From Chlorokybus atmophyticus (lineage: Eukaryota > Plantae > Mesostigma and Chlorokybus algae), in NCBI GenBank assembly GCA_009103225.1, contig RHPI01000017.1, positions 113,468 through 177,467 on the forward strand: a stretch of 64,000 nt of DNA. The letters run 5' to 3'. Positions 22,501 to 34,807 of this stretch are shown piece after piece; positions within the stretch are counted from its first letter, which is position 1; each line of letters opens with the position of its first letter. A model generated the notes under the pieces. It saw only the letters and a list, made by a program, of their open reading frames with translations. It did not search any database and had not been told where the DNA came from. Both the position numbers and the translations under genes were made by a program.

Positions 22501-25500
22501 GTCAAATCCTACTTAGAGAGCTGATGCTGTGCAGTGCCCAAGTATGAATGTGCCGATCAATATGACTGCGGCTTACTTAAACTCCGAGGCGATCGAGAGT
22601 CTGAATCAGTTTGTTGCCTTCTGACTGCATGTCCTCGTCAGTTACCACCAAGTGCAGAGGCAAATAAGCGAACTTGCTCCTCGCATACAGGCCGTGTGCA
22701 TGAGAAACAGCGTTTTGTTGCGCAGTATCGTCATTGCCCATGCATGACGAGTCCCTGGTGTCCTCGCTCCTTCCATGACACTGTAACCTGTTAGGGCGCC
22801 AAAAACTTGGCGCAGCAGTGCTCCGGAGGCATCCCACTTCGCAGTTCAGTCAACAGCACTGAGGTCTGGGTTTGACTTGTTGCGCTCAGCTTGCCATTGC
22901 CTCTTAATCTCCATCATTTTGTTAAGCGTACGCAGGACACCTTTAGGCAGTTCGTCACCATCTGCACCACTTGTTCCAGCCCGAGTGGACTGTGCACTGA
23001 AATGTACTTTAGTCACCCTCATGCCATGGCGAAGGAGGCACGACAGAGGGTCAGCCCAGGCACCGATCAACAGCGTGCCTTGCTGCCTCGCCCCAGTTAC
23101 GACGACCACTGCTCCATGCAAGCGCTGATGAACAGGTCTCATCCAATAGCGTGCCGGCACGATACCGTACTTGGCTGCAACAGCAGTTACGAAAACAACA
23201 GCATCTCTATGCAAGAGCTGATGTGCAATATTTCGCACTGGACGCTCCTGTGGCTCAACGGCATCCTCACTCGCCACCCTTTTTAAGTCTTCTTCGAATA
23301 GCTGCCGCACCTCTTCCGCCACACGTGCATTGTGTACTGTTTGCCGCACTGAAGAATTGGTGCGCACTGTCTCTCGCAATTCAGCAATGACATCCTCCAG
23401 CTCGACCAGCTCAGAATGGTAACCTTCCAGATCCCTGTCAGCCCTGATACTATGGCTCCTCTCCTCGTTCCCTGCATCTGTCTCCCCGCGCAGTCTGATC
23501 TTCAACACTTGCGACAGCCACTCCTTTAACACAAGCGTGCAGCGCTGTGCAACAAGTAAGTAACAAACCTAGCACAATCCGTACCTCTGCATGCTGCTGC
23601 AACTCATCTAACTTGTTCTCCAGTTCCCTTCGCACTACTTCGGCAGCCTGGCACCTTTGCTTCTCTGCAGCAGCCTGGCAACGATTCTGCTGCTTGGCAT
23701 CCTGCCGAGGCACACCCTTACGTGAGTGCCCTGACGTGCAACTGCCGCTTCATACATGCCAATGGTGTGCACCAGTCAATACTCACATCACATCGTGTGC
23801 GCTATAGGTGCACCTCCTTCTTGGCTTGCAGCAACACTCTGGTCTCGTCTGTGTGTGCCTGTGTCTCCACATCTCCCATAGCTGCTTGCAAGCCAGCCAA
23901 CTCCACACGCAGAACTTCGTGATCCTTGGTGATATCATCAAGCTGCTTGGTCAGAATTTGTACTTGAAGCCTGAGACTCTGAGTCACACAAACTTCCCAG
24001 CCAGATGCTTGACTGTACCTCAGACACCTGGCATAAGCAACCCTCGATGCGTGACGTGACTTGCGCACGCATATGCATCCGCCATTTCAAACACAACATA
24101 TGAAAGTACTTGACATTGTGTGTATCAGGCAGATTGTGAAAAGTGATCGTTTCAGGCATCGCCATGCACAGTACCCAGTCCGGTCATGCACAAGTCATGC
24201 ACAAGTTAGCTCACACATGAACACAACAACCATCTACAAGTCCAAACAGAGCTGTCACAACAACATACGCCATCCATTTCATGAAGGTATCTCCAATTGG
24301 CTGAACACACGGGTCTGCCTGTACGCAGAGTCTGCAAGCACAGCAGCAGTCCCGGAGGTGGCTGTACACACACCACAACAGCCATCAATCCTAGAATTTC
24401 AATACGACAAGAATGTTTAGCAAGCATTATTGTAGTGCTCATATATACAATGTCCAGCAAGAGTTCCGCTCATTCAAGCTTATCCATGCTACCACTGACT
24501 ACGATATCAGCTGCCCTGACAGGCAACTTAAATTCAACTTCCCACCCGCCCACCTGGCAGTGTGCCAAGTGGCGTCCTGGGCGTCCATGGCACGGTCCTT
24601 GTAGCATTGTGCATCCTCGACAGCATGGGCCCCATCCTGCCATTACCGCGATCCACGCGCGTGTTCGCGGGCGTTTGGTGGTGCATGCGCAGAGGGCACC
24701 TGCTGTTGGAAAACAGACTGGTGCTGCTTCTGCATCTTGCGCATTTGTGAAGAGTCAGGCTGGATGTTTTCCCGGTTCAAGATCTTCATCATCAAACTCT
24801 GATTGCTCAAGGTCATCGTCGTTCTGGCACAACAAAGTCAGCATCCACTCAACAAGCCACAGTCGACACATACACCAAGAAAACAGAGTGTCAGCACCTG
24901 CTACGTGATCGTTTTGTCCAGCTGGTGCTAAGCCGAGCAGTGGATCAGCCTCCTGCACACACAATTAACTCAACACCTTCTGCATGCAGTAAAGCATGCA
25001 GTAAATATCACAGCGTCATGCATTATCATTCGAACCTTTTAAAGAACCAGGTTATCGCCTTCCCATTTCCAGGTCCTCCCACAAGTCAGTGCATGAAGGA
25101 ACACTCCAATCGCATTTAAACGCGTCCTCGTCAAACCGCACTCCTCCTTCAACTGGTTGATCAAGTGCTTATCCTCTACACGCCGCCGCTTGGCATAATC
25201 ACGCTGGTTGTCGTTGCAAGCAGTCCTTGCCGCCTCGATAGCATGCAACTTACGTTGTTGCTCTTCCACGAGCAGCGCCACAGAACCCTCTTCAACCATC
25301 GCCGCCGCCGCCGCCACCGCAGAAGCCCAAGCCGCAATCTGCCTCCCCCAAATCACCCGCCCAACCCCACTTTCATTTCAAATGCTACACCATTGACAAA
25401 CCCCGATATACACTGTCGATTAGCGATGTTAACGCTGTTAGCACGTAGTCAGCGATATACACACGCGTGGACCACATTTACGATAAACGACAACCGACAT

Positions 25501-27269
25501 CGATCACCTATGTTAAGGCACACAACACAGCTGATCGACAACCATTTATGAACACCGATCATGCAGGACATACGCCGACCAGCACAGGCAATCGCACCAC
25601 GAACACGCCTGGCGATCAGTGCTGTTCACACAACGCTCACGGCACTACTACGTCGCCCTACAGCATCGCGGCCGTCCGTTTCCTGCAATCTGCCATAGCA
25701 AGAGGCCTCTGGCGTCGTGACTGTAGGATAATGATTGTGCAAGTATATATCGCTCTCAACGTATTGACCGGCCGCCCGACTCGGAAAATGCTCTCTGACA
25801 GGTGGACAGCCGCAAATGGTCGGCGGCTAATTGACAGCCGGGCTGTATTTAAGCTGTCTGTGCAATGAATGTAACCATAATTGCATGTGCACGAAGTTGC
25901 AAATTTGGAATATATTAATGTGCTTTATACATGCATGCATTGATGCACATTTATACAATGCAAAACATATGGTGCGGCTGTTTGGTCGGGCCGGCCGGCC
26001 GGCCAACACGTATCCCCACACGACGAAGGGCCTTACTGGCCCATCACACATAGGCACCCGCAACTGGCGGGCTGCGCGGATGTATGCGTCCCGCCTGCCG
26101 CTCATTGGCTGGGCGGCGACTACACATCTTAAGCCGTTGGATCTACATTATTCACATCTCGGCCGTCCAGAGCACATCCCAACGTCACAATATTGCTCAT
26201 ATTTGCTTATAAAACACAATACGAGCACAAACGGTGTGCACATGGACACTTATGGCGGTAAATTACGCATACCGTATTTACCTGTTCATAGTGCCCCCCA
26301 GAAATGCATGGGGGTAATTGTATTCGGGTGGGCACTCTATTCGAAAGAGGGTGTGGTACTGGATCGAGATCACGCTGATTGAGCGTAATGGACGATATCC
26401 AACATAATCTAATAATCCATAATGGTGCAATATGATGCAATATGGCTAGCAACCTGCAGTTAAGTGTTACAAAACTTAGTATTCAACATACCGTTCACGC
26501 CACAAAACGTGTTAAGATATTAAGTAAGTAATGCCAAGGTTACAACTATCTAAATATAGCTAACCTGAATTACCTTGACGTTAAGATTCAACTAAACGAA
26601 AAATTGTATCATTGGGCCACCATTTAGTTATGCATGAATTTGATCAAATGGGATCGCAACGGTGACAACAGCCGTTGCTGAAAAAGGCAGCAAATTGGCC
26701 TATCATTGCAGTGATACATAAAAGATGCTGAAAACTATCTCAGCGGCAACTGCTTGACAACAGCGATCAAAAATCGCTAGCAATTTGATGCAATTGCAGC
26801 ACAATTAGTGGTTAAAACGGCCGCGTTTTTTGCAATACGAGGTCGGGGCAAACCCCATACCCCAAAGACATGCCGCCACTACTCACCCTCGTTCTTTTTG
26901 ATCCACTCTACCATTTTATAGTAATTGATTACACGCTACATTTACTGCGTCATAAAATAAAATAAAATAAAAATAAAAACATGGTCAACAGCCAAAATAT
27001 GTATGCATTGATGCACACATGTCATTTAAAGTTATGAAGTATTGTATAATATGATATAATCCAAAAATGTAACTTTTGACGCACGCATTACCAAATAGAC
27101 ATATGACGGTAGTGAATGTTACAATATCATAGCATTAATGCGTTGGTGTTTTGCGCAAGTGTTGTACGTGTGTACGTGTGTACGTTGTACGCTATACATT
27201 GTATGTGTTATATACTACTACAAGTCTCATAAAATTGTAAATGCACACATATATACATACTTAATTCTA

Positions 27270-27350
27270 TTTTGTACATATATGTATATACATATACATA
27301 TATATATATATATAAATATACACATACATACGTGTATACATCTATGTATG
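27270..27350. repeat. (TA)/(TACA) microsatellite
   Basis: Directly visible simple repeat. Confidence 0.9.
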
Positions 27351-27672
27351 TGATTTGTATTGTGATCATCTTTATATGGATACATTTTTAATGAAAAACA
27401 GGCTGTGATTGACAAGATTACCGGCACATTTAAACAGCCCCGAGCTGAGCCCCCTTGACCGAATGTTGTGTTGTAAATACCCTGGCGGCCGTCGAGTTGC
27501 GATTGTCCATCAGTCAATTTTAAGATTGCTTAAAGTAATAATGGTCCAGCTTATGCATGTTTATAGCATGCACTGCATGGGCTCAGGCATACGGGCATAT
27601 CAATAGACAGTCGCCAAGCGGCCGTCGGCATGTTGCCTACGATATGATGCAACCATTTCGGCTCCGGTACGT

Positions 27673-27745
27673 GCACTTGTAACTTAGTGGTTAGGGCGTC
27701 GTGTTTGCTAACTGAAGCTACTGGGTTCAACTCTCAGTGGACGCA
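27673..27745 (+). other. Degenerate tRNA-like sequence (pseudo-tRNA or SINE head)
   Basis: A-box-like TAACTTAGTGG and B-box GGTTCAACTC at tRNA spacing, but acceptor and anticodon stems pair poorly. Confidence 0.35.
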
Positions 27746-27799
27746 TGTGTTCTTGGCTTATCATGTCAGAAACGCCGCGGCCTCGTGCGTGTAAAGGCA

Positions 27800-28164
27800 G
27801 GTGTGGCGTTGGCTCAAACTCAAGTCATTTTCGGTGCATTCACTCTCAACTGTACTTATGATGTATATAAGTTTCGGTTTATGGTCCGCTTGCCGGACCA
27901 GTGATGGTTGGATTTCTACAATTTTGCGATTTGGTCTCTGGTCCGCTACCCGGACGCTACCTGGTCCTAACGCGATCGAAATTGGCGGGGCCATACATGG
28001 TGCACCCCCCAAAACCATGGGACCATTTACTGAGGTTTGGACTATGTATGGTTCGACTGTCAATGACAATCCGACCATATATGATCCGCTAATCTCGTTT
28101 AGCAGAAGAAAATCCTAGTCCAGAGGTACGAACCACTTATGGTCCTTTTACGTGAATCAGTGTG
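27800..28164 (-). repeat. Right subterminal/TIR region of element C
   Basis: GGACC/GGTCC motifs ending in GTGTG followed by ATA. Confidence 0.75.
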
Positions 28165-29480
28165 ATAACAATTCATGGTATAATAAGAGTAAGCTGGTCG
28201 TGTTTGACATGCTCGCCCGCGACAGGATTGCATGTATGAGGCCCACAACACAGTGTATACTGGACAACTGGCACGCTCAAGACCATCTCATACTCGAGAG
28301 GTTGTACTGGCGCCAAGCTTGGCAGCTGGTACAGCAAGGTACATAGGTATTTGTAACATGTATCAGCACAAAAACGCTTCACATAAAAAGCCCGCTGGTC
28401 TGCTGAAGCCATTGCAGAAACAAGAGTGTCAGTGGCAAAGTGTCAGCATGGATCTGATTACTGAGCTACCTGTGATTAAGAAAGGTTCCACTGCTGTGAT
28501 TGTCTTTGTAGGCAGACTGACAAAGATGGTAAGGTTTGAGCCCTGCCGCACTGAAATATATGTTTGAGAGTCTGCTATCCGTTTCATCAACTCAGTGTTT
28601 AAGGCCCATGGGACTTAAGCATTGAGTTGCGGAACCTCGGGATACCGCAGGAGTTGGTATTGAATATGGATCTTGAGTTCGTGAGTAAGTTTTTGCGAGC
28701 TGTATGTGACTTTATGGGTACCAAGCAGAGCTGAGTACAACCTATCACCCACAGTGATTGCCAAATTGCAAGTGACTTAGGTAGTGGAAGATGTGCTACG
28801 CAGCTACATATTACCATGGTATGATAGCTGGGATCAATATCTTCCTCTGCCTGAGTTTGCTCTAAACAATGCTTGGCATGAGACCACGCAGAGCACTCTC
28901 TTATATCTCAAGGATAGTCGTCATCCGATGACACCCATGGCATTGCAATAAAGGCATTCTGTCATGTGCCTGCTGTCGAGGACTTCATTGCTGATATGCA
29001 TGCGTGCCTAGAGCATGCTAAGCATTGCAGCAAGGCTGCGCAAGACATGGCTAACATGTATGCAGATGCACATCGCGGGCGTGGTGACAGTTTGGTTGTT
29101 GGAGACCGGGTTCTGTTGAGCTCAGAATATACTAAGCTGAAGGTTTTGGCTCCACGCAAGTTACAGCCCCGATGGTTGGGACCATTTCAGGTAACCGAGA
29201 TGATAGGTGATCGGGCCGTGTGAAACTACCTTCGCATGTTAAAATACATGATGTGCACATGTTTCATGTACTCTGCTTAAGATGTACAAAAGTGATGGCC
29301 CAGTGCAGCCCCCACATCGAGTGTGAGGTGAAGGCAACACGGCAGAAGCGGTATGCGAAGTACAAGAAGTCTTTCGAGACGGAGTACTTTACCAAGTGGC
29401 ATGGGGGTTATTGTGACAAACATAACACCTACGAGTCTATTAACATGACCAGGTGTGTTGACATGGTAGCGAAGAGAGAG
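28165..29480 (+). pseudogene. Chromovirus-type Gypsy integrase + chromodomain remnant
   Basis: EAHN..LERLYW, KPAGLLKPL..WQSVSMDLITELP, EFALNNAWH, KLQPRWLGPF, IHDVHMFHV, TEYFTKWHGGY..HNTYE. Many frameshifts; purine run near 29495. Confidence 0.88.
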
Positions 29481-30473
29481 AATGAAATCCAATTCAGAGG
29501 GGGGCCACTTAAGAGCATCACAAGTGTGAGCTCTGCTGACTCATCAGAGCTCACACTGCTTGTCGGACAAGCACGTGCACAGGCGGTCGATACTTCCTTA
29601 GCTGCCAGCAACACAGCGCAATCAATAGCGGTTTATGCTTTCGTGGCTTGCAACAGTTTCACGCATGGAGAGCAAGTAAACTGCAAGGTTGGCCACCTTC
29701 TTGCTATGTAACTTCTTTGAACTTGGGGTCCTTTTTATAACAATAAGTTGCAATGCAAGCGAGGAGGTTTGTCACGCCTGCAAGGCAAGGCTTTACTCGT
29801 TCTCATGTGTTGCTCGCTATAGCATAGCTTGACAGCCAGGTAGCAGATTTTCTCCCAATCATGTGTGAGTACAATGCACAGTGGTTGGCGGTTTGCAACC
29901 TGCCATTGAGCCCAAGGGCCTTGGGCAGGAATTGTACGAGTACTGATAGGAGCCGGCACAGGGCCAATCAGTACGCAATCACATGATGTGATGTGACATG
30001 CTCTGTTGCTAAATGTGAGGATAACTCCATCTTGGTATCATCTGCGTAAGGATGCCTTGCTAAGTCAAGCAGTCACTGAGCAAGTCAAGTGACGTGCTTG
30101 ACTGTAGCTCCACAGCCAAAGGTGGCGGAGCATATGGTCGAGGTCAGCACATGTGGCTATGAGGGCCGTGCCCGTGCCCGAGCCTGGGCCCGGGCATTGC
30201 CCGACTGACTGAACTAGCTGGTTGATGAGGTGTACATCTACTGCTAACGTGTGGCCAAGTGGAAGGCAGTAGATCTAAATAGGCGCAATAATGTTGTACT
30301 ATCGCTATCTGTGGTTCGGAATGTGCTGCGATTGTTGCAGTAATACGCGTTTCACCAGGTACCCTCCAAGCATTGGTCTCATATCGCTATCGCAACATCA
30401 ACGAACGCCACTGTGCATAAGAAAAGGCCAGCCTACAGTCATCTTGCGAAGATGCAGATAGTTATGCGTTGGG

Positions 30474-30634
30474 NNNNNNNNNNNNNNNNNNNNNNNNNNN
30501 NNNNNNNNNNNNNNNNNNNNNNNNNNNNNNNNNNNNNNNNNNNNNNNNNNNNNNNNNNNNNNNNNNNNNNNNNNNNNNNNNNNNNNNNNNNNNNNNNNNN
30601 NNNNNNNNNNNNNNNNNNNNNNNNNNNNNNNNNN
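30474..30634. other. Assembly gap flanked by poly-G
   Basis: Run of N. Confidence 1.
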
Positions 30635-32959
30635 GGGGGGAGGGGGGGGGGAGAAAGGTTGGTTGATGCATGTTAATTTGTATCTGTAGCCGGCCCCTCC
30701 GCTTCTAATAAGATTTCTTTCACGCTCTTTTTTGACGATAAAGTTATAAAAAACGGAGTCAAGAGGAGAAAGCCAAAAATACAGCATTAGGTTGGCTAGC
30801 TTGCGCGGGCACAGAATGCTAAGTTTGCAAAACAAGTATGACGCTCACGTGCAACATGAATGGAAGCGTGATACTTGCCAACGCAACAAATTGTAGCAGT
30901 TAAACAAAAGAGCTCGGAATAGCTTGCTATCAACTGCAGCCAGCAGAAGCAGCGCGGGATGAGGTGATTATGCAAAAGATAGTGATTGCGAGTTGCAGCG
31001 AGATCGAGCGCATCAAGCGTGCAGTACAGTCTTAACTGCGGAGACATTGTGAGTAGGTTCGAAAAGTGGCACGCCAACGTGGTTGGGCTGGTTGGCATGT
31101 GTCATGCATATCTCAAGTGGTTGCTATTTCTGTGCACATTGTAGATATGTACACCTTTCAGCAATCAAGTCACTCGCTCGACTCGCTCAACTGGTTGATT
31201 GAATTTGCCGATGCGGATCGCAAGTGCAAAGCTAACTACTATAATTGGATGTTCCAAGTATGAGATCAAGAGCGAGAGCGAAGTAACAGATATGGAGTCA
31301 TTAGCTGACAAGCTAAAGAACAACTCGCACAAGAAAAGGCTCGAAAGCGTCGACACGAGACGGTGGTACATCGCAGCCTTGCACCGCGAATCATGCTGCA
31401 ATCTGCCTCTCGTAGCCGAAGACAGACATCTTATCGAGCACAACCACGTGCAGCACATCTTGCAAGCGAGACATTGCACGGCTTGCGAAAGAACCCAGCA
31501 GCAGATGCAAGCACAACCAAGTGTGCAGCATTGCTATGCGTTTGTGCATAACATACATGAATGTGGCACATGTGTCATATGTGGCACATGTGCCTCATTC
31601 ATGTACGTGGCACACGTATAGACAACAATAACTGATGCACACAATGACGAGATTTATAAGCAGCGAGTAATTGGCAGGTGTCAATGAGTAGAAACGATCC
31701 CATGCAACCAATAGCTTGGCACTTAAGAGCATTAAAGCTAACACCTTTGCTACACCGACCGCTCCAAGACCCGCTCCAGAGGAGCGAGCACATGTCACAT
31801 TGGGTGCGATGTAGTTGATCAAGTCGAAGTCACAGCAACGCTCGTTGGCTTGACATGCACAAGTTGTACATGTGGTATGACCGGTCTGCGCAATGGTCGA
31901 GATGGTGATAGACGATGTCGTGTGTTCGTTCAACAATGAATGAAGAGGATGCGGTGCGAGCTCGGAGTAATGCAAGTGACCCACATGATGTGTTGATTGC
32001 GGTCATGTATGAGCAACAATCTTGAATGGGGAAATCCTTGGCAAGGACGAGCATCCTGGCTTGTAAGTGAACGCTCTTCATTAGCAAAAACGTGCGAGCT
32101 ATATAATCTGATATAACATTGATTGTGTGCGTTGCAATGTGACGCTCTGTATGATGATGCGTCAGGCAAGAGGACGAGTGCACACGACCGGTTCAAAATG
32201 TGGAGAGTTAGGTTGCAAGGTCGCCCCAGAAAGACCACGAAAGCTTACTTATATGCGACAAATCCACTTTATGTTGTGTCTTGCGTGCTACATTACCGAG
32301 ATATCTCCGCTTGCAACAGATTATCTCATGCAGCTCATGCCTTAACAACGCTGTTGTTAGGCGTGGTGTGAATTGAGGCATTGCGAGACGGGTAAATGGT
32401 TGGGTGAACCCACCATTAAATGTTGCGCGAAATTATTGTGGCGCAAAAGTAACACGCTACCCGACCATCCAATAAAACTGGTGCATTTTGGTCTGCACTT
32501 TACACTTGAATATGCCGTGTTAAAAGCCATGTACATTGATCAACATACGTACAATACACAGCGTGCATGCTTATCATGTGTATGTTCGGTTGGTGACAAC
32601 GATAAAAGTCAACATTTCTGCGCTGCCACTCGCAGCGCAGAAATGCCTGCGAGATGCAAAGTTACGGTTGAAAATCGAGTTTCATCTCAACCTCGGGCCA
32701 GAGTGGTTAGCTACGATGTCATTCACACTATGAACCGCACAATCCCTGAGGGAGTTTTATAACGGCGCAAAAAGTGAGCACATGTCAATAACACATACTT
32801 TAAAATAGTTCAAGTACGGGATGACACATATGCAAACAAGCATATATGTATTTATGGCTGCTACACAAAGTACTGGCGCATCCGCTGCGTAATACCGCGG
32901 CAGACGACAATTTCATCATAAGCAGATCTGTAATTAGGTCGATACTCACACTTTCCCAC

Positions 32960-33182
32960 CAATAGTTCGCGATAACTAGCGACTACAACAGCCCTGCTGG
33001 CTTATGGTGTGAGGCCTTGTCATATTGACAAGTGTCACATAATTATACATACTGATTGCATTAGCAGCCAAAGTAGGCTACCAGTATTGACGCAGTAGCT
33101 TATTGGTTTTAATCATCTTCATGTAACCAAACAAGCACTCTTCCCAAAGGTCAAGTACATCTGCCTTAATCAGCTTGCCCTC
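32960..33182 (-). pseudogene. Short Gypsy integrase zinc-finger fragment
   Basis: GKLI..LWEECLFG..IKTNKLLRQYW*PTL resembles the H2C2 region. Confidence 0.45.
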
Positions 33183-33850
33183 CACACGATATTTCCCGCT
33201 AACCAGCCCTGGTCTGCACGTACGGACTAGGGCCAAATTGCCGAGGGGGGCTTTTGGTCCAAACCAGGGTCCCCCGCTTTGGTCTGCACGCGCGGACCAG
33301 GGCTGGTCCAAACAGTACGTACAATCCACCCCTATTAAGAGCATACTAATTATCCTCCGCTATCTTATGCTTCTGGCGGGGTAATTCTCATGACGTCACA
33401 AAACTTATTATGCTCTTGGGTGTGAAAGCATAAATATGCTATAAGCGCGTTTTCTTCACACCCATCACTGTGACGCCCAATGCATGACGCGTGTTACGTC
33501 ACGCCCATCGCACCATCATGTTTGTCACATTGATTGTTTGTCACACCTCGCCCATCACGCCATATTCATTAAGCGCGTCACGTTTTGTGCCACACCCGTC
33601 ACGCGCTACTCCCCTGAACTTGGAATCTCCCTCACTAAAACTTGCAAAATTTACATGAAATAAAGTTATGCTCTTCGCGGTTGAGCATATTCTCTTAGGC
33701 ACCAACATTTGCCTGTATTCCGTTCGGTAATCTCATCTTCTATGCTATTAGCGGGGGTATTCTCTTAAAGCGAAGTCTGTAAGCGGGGGTAAATTGACCT
33801 AATTGTCCCACCGTCCCCGGAAAACCGCGCCAGCCCTGGACCCGGTCATA
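33183..33850. mobile_element. Orphan terminus of a B-family element, interrupted by a MITE-like insert
   Basis: 33183-33321 and 33800-33850 align with the reverse complement of 55650-55812; it begins CACACG. No partner end with a CTC TSD was seen. Confidence 0.75.
33322..33796. mobile_element. MITE-like insertion (about 475 bp)
   Basis: Splits the aligned B-family end. Imperfect ends CAATCCACCCC / GGGGGTAAATTG; TA on the left only; internal TATGCT and GCGGGGTA repeats. Confidence 0.5.
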
Positions 33851-34089
33851 ACTAGTTCAATTTAAAATGGTTATGGTTATGGTTATGGTTCTTTGTGAGA
33901 ACCATCGTTGGTCCGTATCAATGTTATACGGATTTACTACTATTACTACGTATTTACCACTATTAGGGTGATTCCGCCTAATCCCGGTTGCTAACCTAAT
34001 TTCGTGCATTCACCGGTAATTATGAGACCCCCGAATTTTTGAAAATTCATGGCAAACGCACTAAATATTCGTTGGATTTACCGTTTCAG

Positions 34090-34660
34090 ATTTTTATCGA
34101 GTGAATATTCAAGTGTGTTCGTACATTTTGTGCAATCCCTGCCAAAACGAAATCGCGACATTCACCTATAAATCGCGTGAATATCCACACGATAAATCAA
34201 TGCCACCTTTCAAAACCCATATACATCGTATATTCAGTTGAAATCGATTGAATGTTCAAGGCATGCAATTGTGAATGGACACAGCATGTGCTCTGCTAAA
34301 TATTCAGCTATACATTGCCTGAACATTCATGAAGGGGCATAAGCTTGTGGCTATAACAGACAGCTTAAACTCACCAAGTCCCAACTGCCCGTGAATAATC
34401 AATTGATCAGCTTGTCACACATGTATATTCATAACCTTCATCAGTTTCATGCCACAGATGTGAGTGAACATTCAACACCAATCTGAAACTACGCAATACG
34501 ATTCACACTAAGTCCTAGCTTTGAGTGAATTTTCAACACCATTCCAAAACCAAGCAATACGTTTTGCACTAACTCCTAGCTGTGAGTGAATATTCAACCC
34601 CACACGAATAAACATATACTCTCATTTTGGCCAAGTCCCGAATGTGATTGAAAACCAAGT
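34090..34660. repeat. Left subterminal array of A (GTGAATATTCA motifs; 60-bp tandem unit at about 34460-34660)
   Basis: Repeated GAGTGAA(T/C)(A/T)TTCAAC at 60-bp spacing. Confidence 0.8.
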
Positions 34661-34807
34661 AGATTGCACAGCTAATTCTAATATACAGTCTAGTATATGT
34701 CAAAGCCAGAGTTGCTCAGCAATTCTACACAGCTGGTTTGAGTTGATGGTGGGGGACAGCTCTGATATGGACTACAGCATTGCTATGCTACACACCACCT
34801 GCTACTA

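Larger units (their letters stand above)
6480..25356 (-). pseudogene. Academ-type DDE transposase gene with XPG/PIN-like nuclease region and C-terminal CXC cluster, interrupted by Copia D
   Basis: Core ORF 20288-22489 has CVTGDQK, PGDFYVLMN, FAWDRYHY, VALDEAHE and CIILEGMFLIN. HGKADSRV lies at 19809-20162. Removing D gives LAVLRLLGCAYFEK...WLEAIHKTVW...MPTVDALWLHALRA...YGF...KGCGCKTG...CKCRKAEQACTESCSCLGCEN, with several stops. Assignment of the 5' exons (22500-25356, coiled-coil) to the same gene is tentative. Confidence 0.8.
1971..28164. mobile_element. Element C: giant CMC/EnSpm-type TIR element (26.2 kb including nested inserts)
   Basis: Left end CACACGGCTTGTCGTCCAAGGACCAGGTATGGTTC versus reverse complement of right end CACACTGATTCACGTAAAAGGACCATAAGTGGTTC (25/35 identical, ungapped). 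3-bp TSD ATA at 1968-1970 and 28165-28167. GGACC/GGTCC-rich subtermini. The flanks rejoin into one Gypsy reading frame. Confidence 0.85.

Noticed and set aside
29500-30473. 3' LTR of the chromovirus remnant
   Set aside because: Position is plausible after the purine run, but there is no TG start, no second copy, and it ends at an assembly gap.
30398-30835. ORFs spanning N-gaps
   Set aside because: Artefacts of translating N runs.
33877-33900. (ATGGTT)n tract as a telomere-like repeat
   Set aside because: Only about four units and it does not match the TTTAGGG-type motif seen elsewhere; simple microsatellite.
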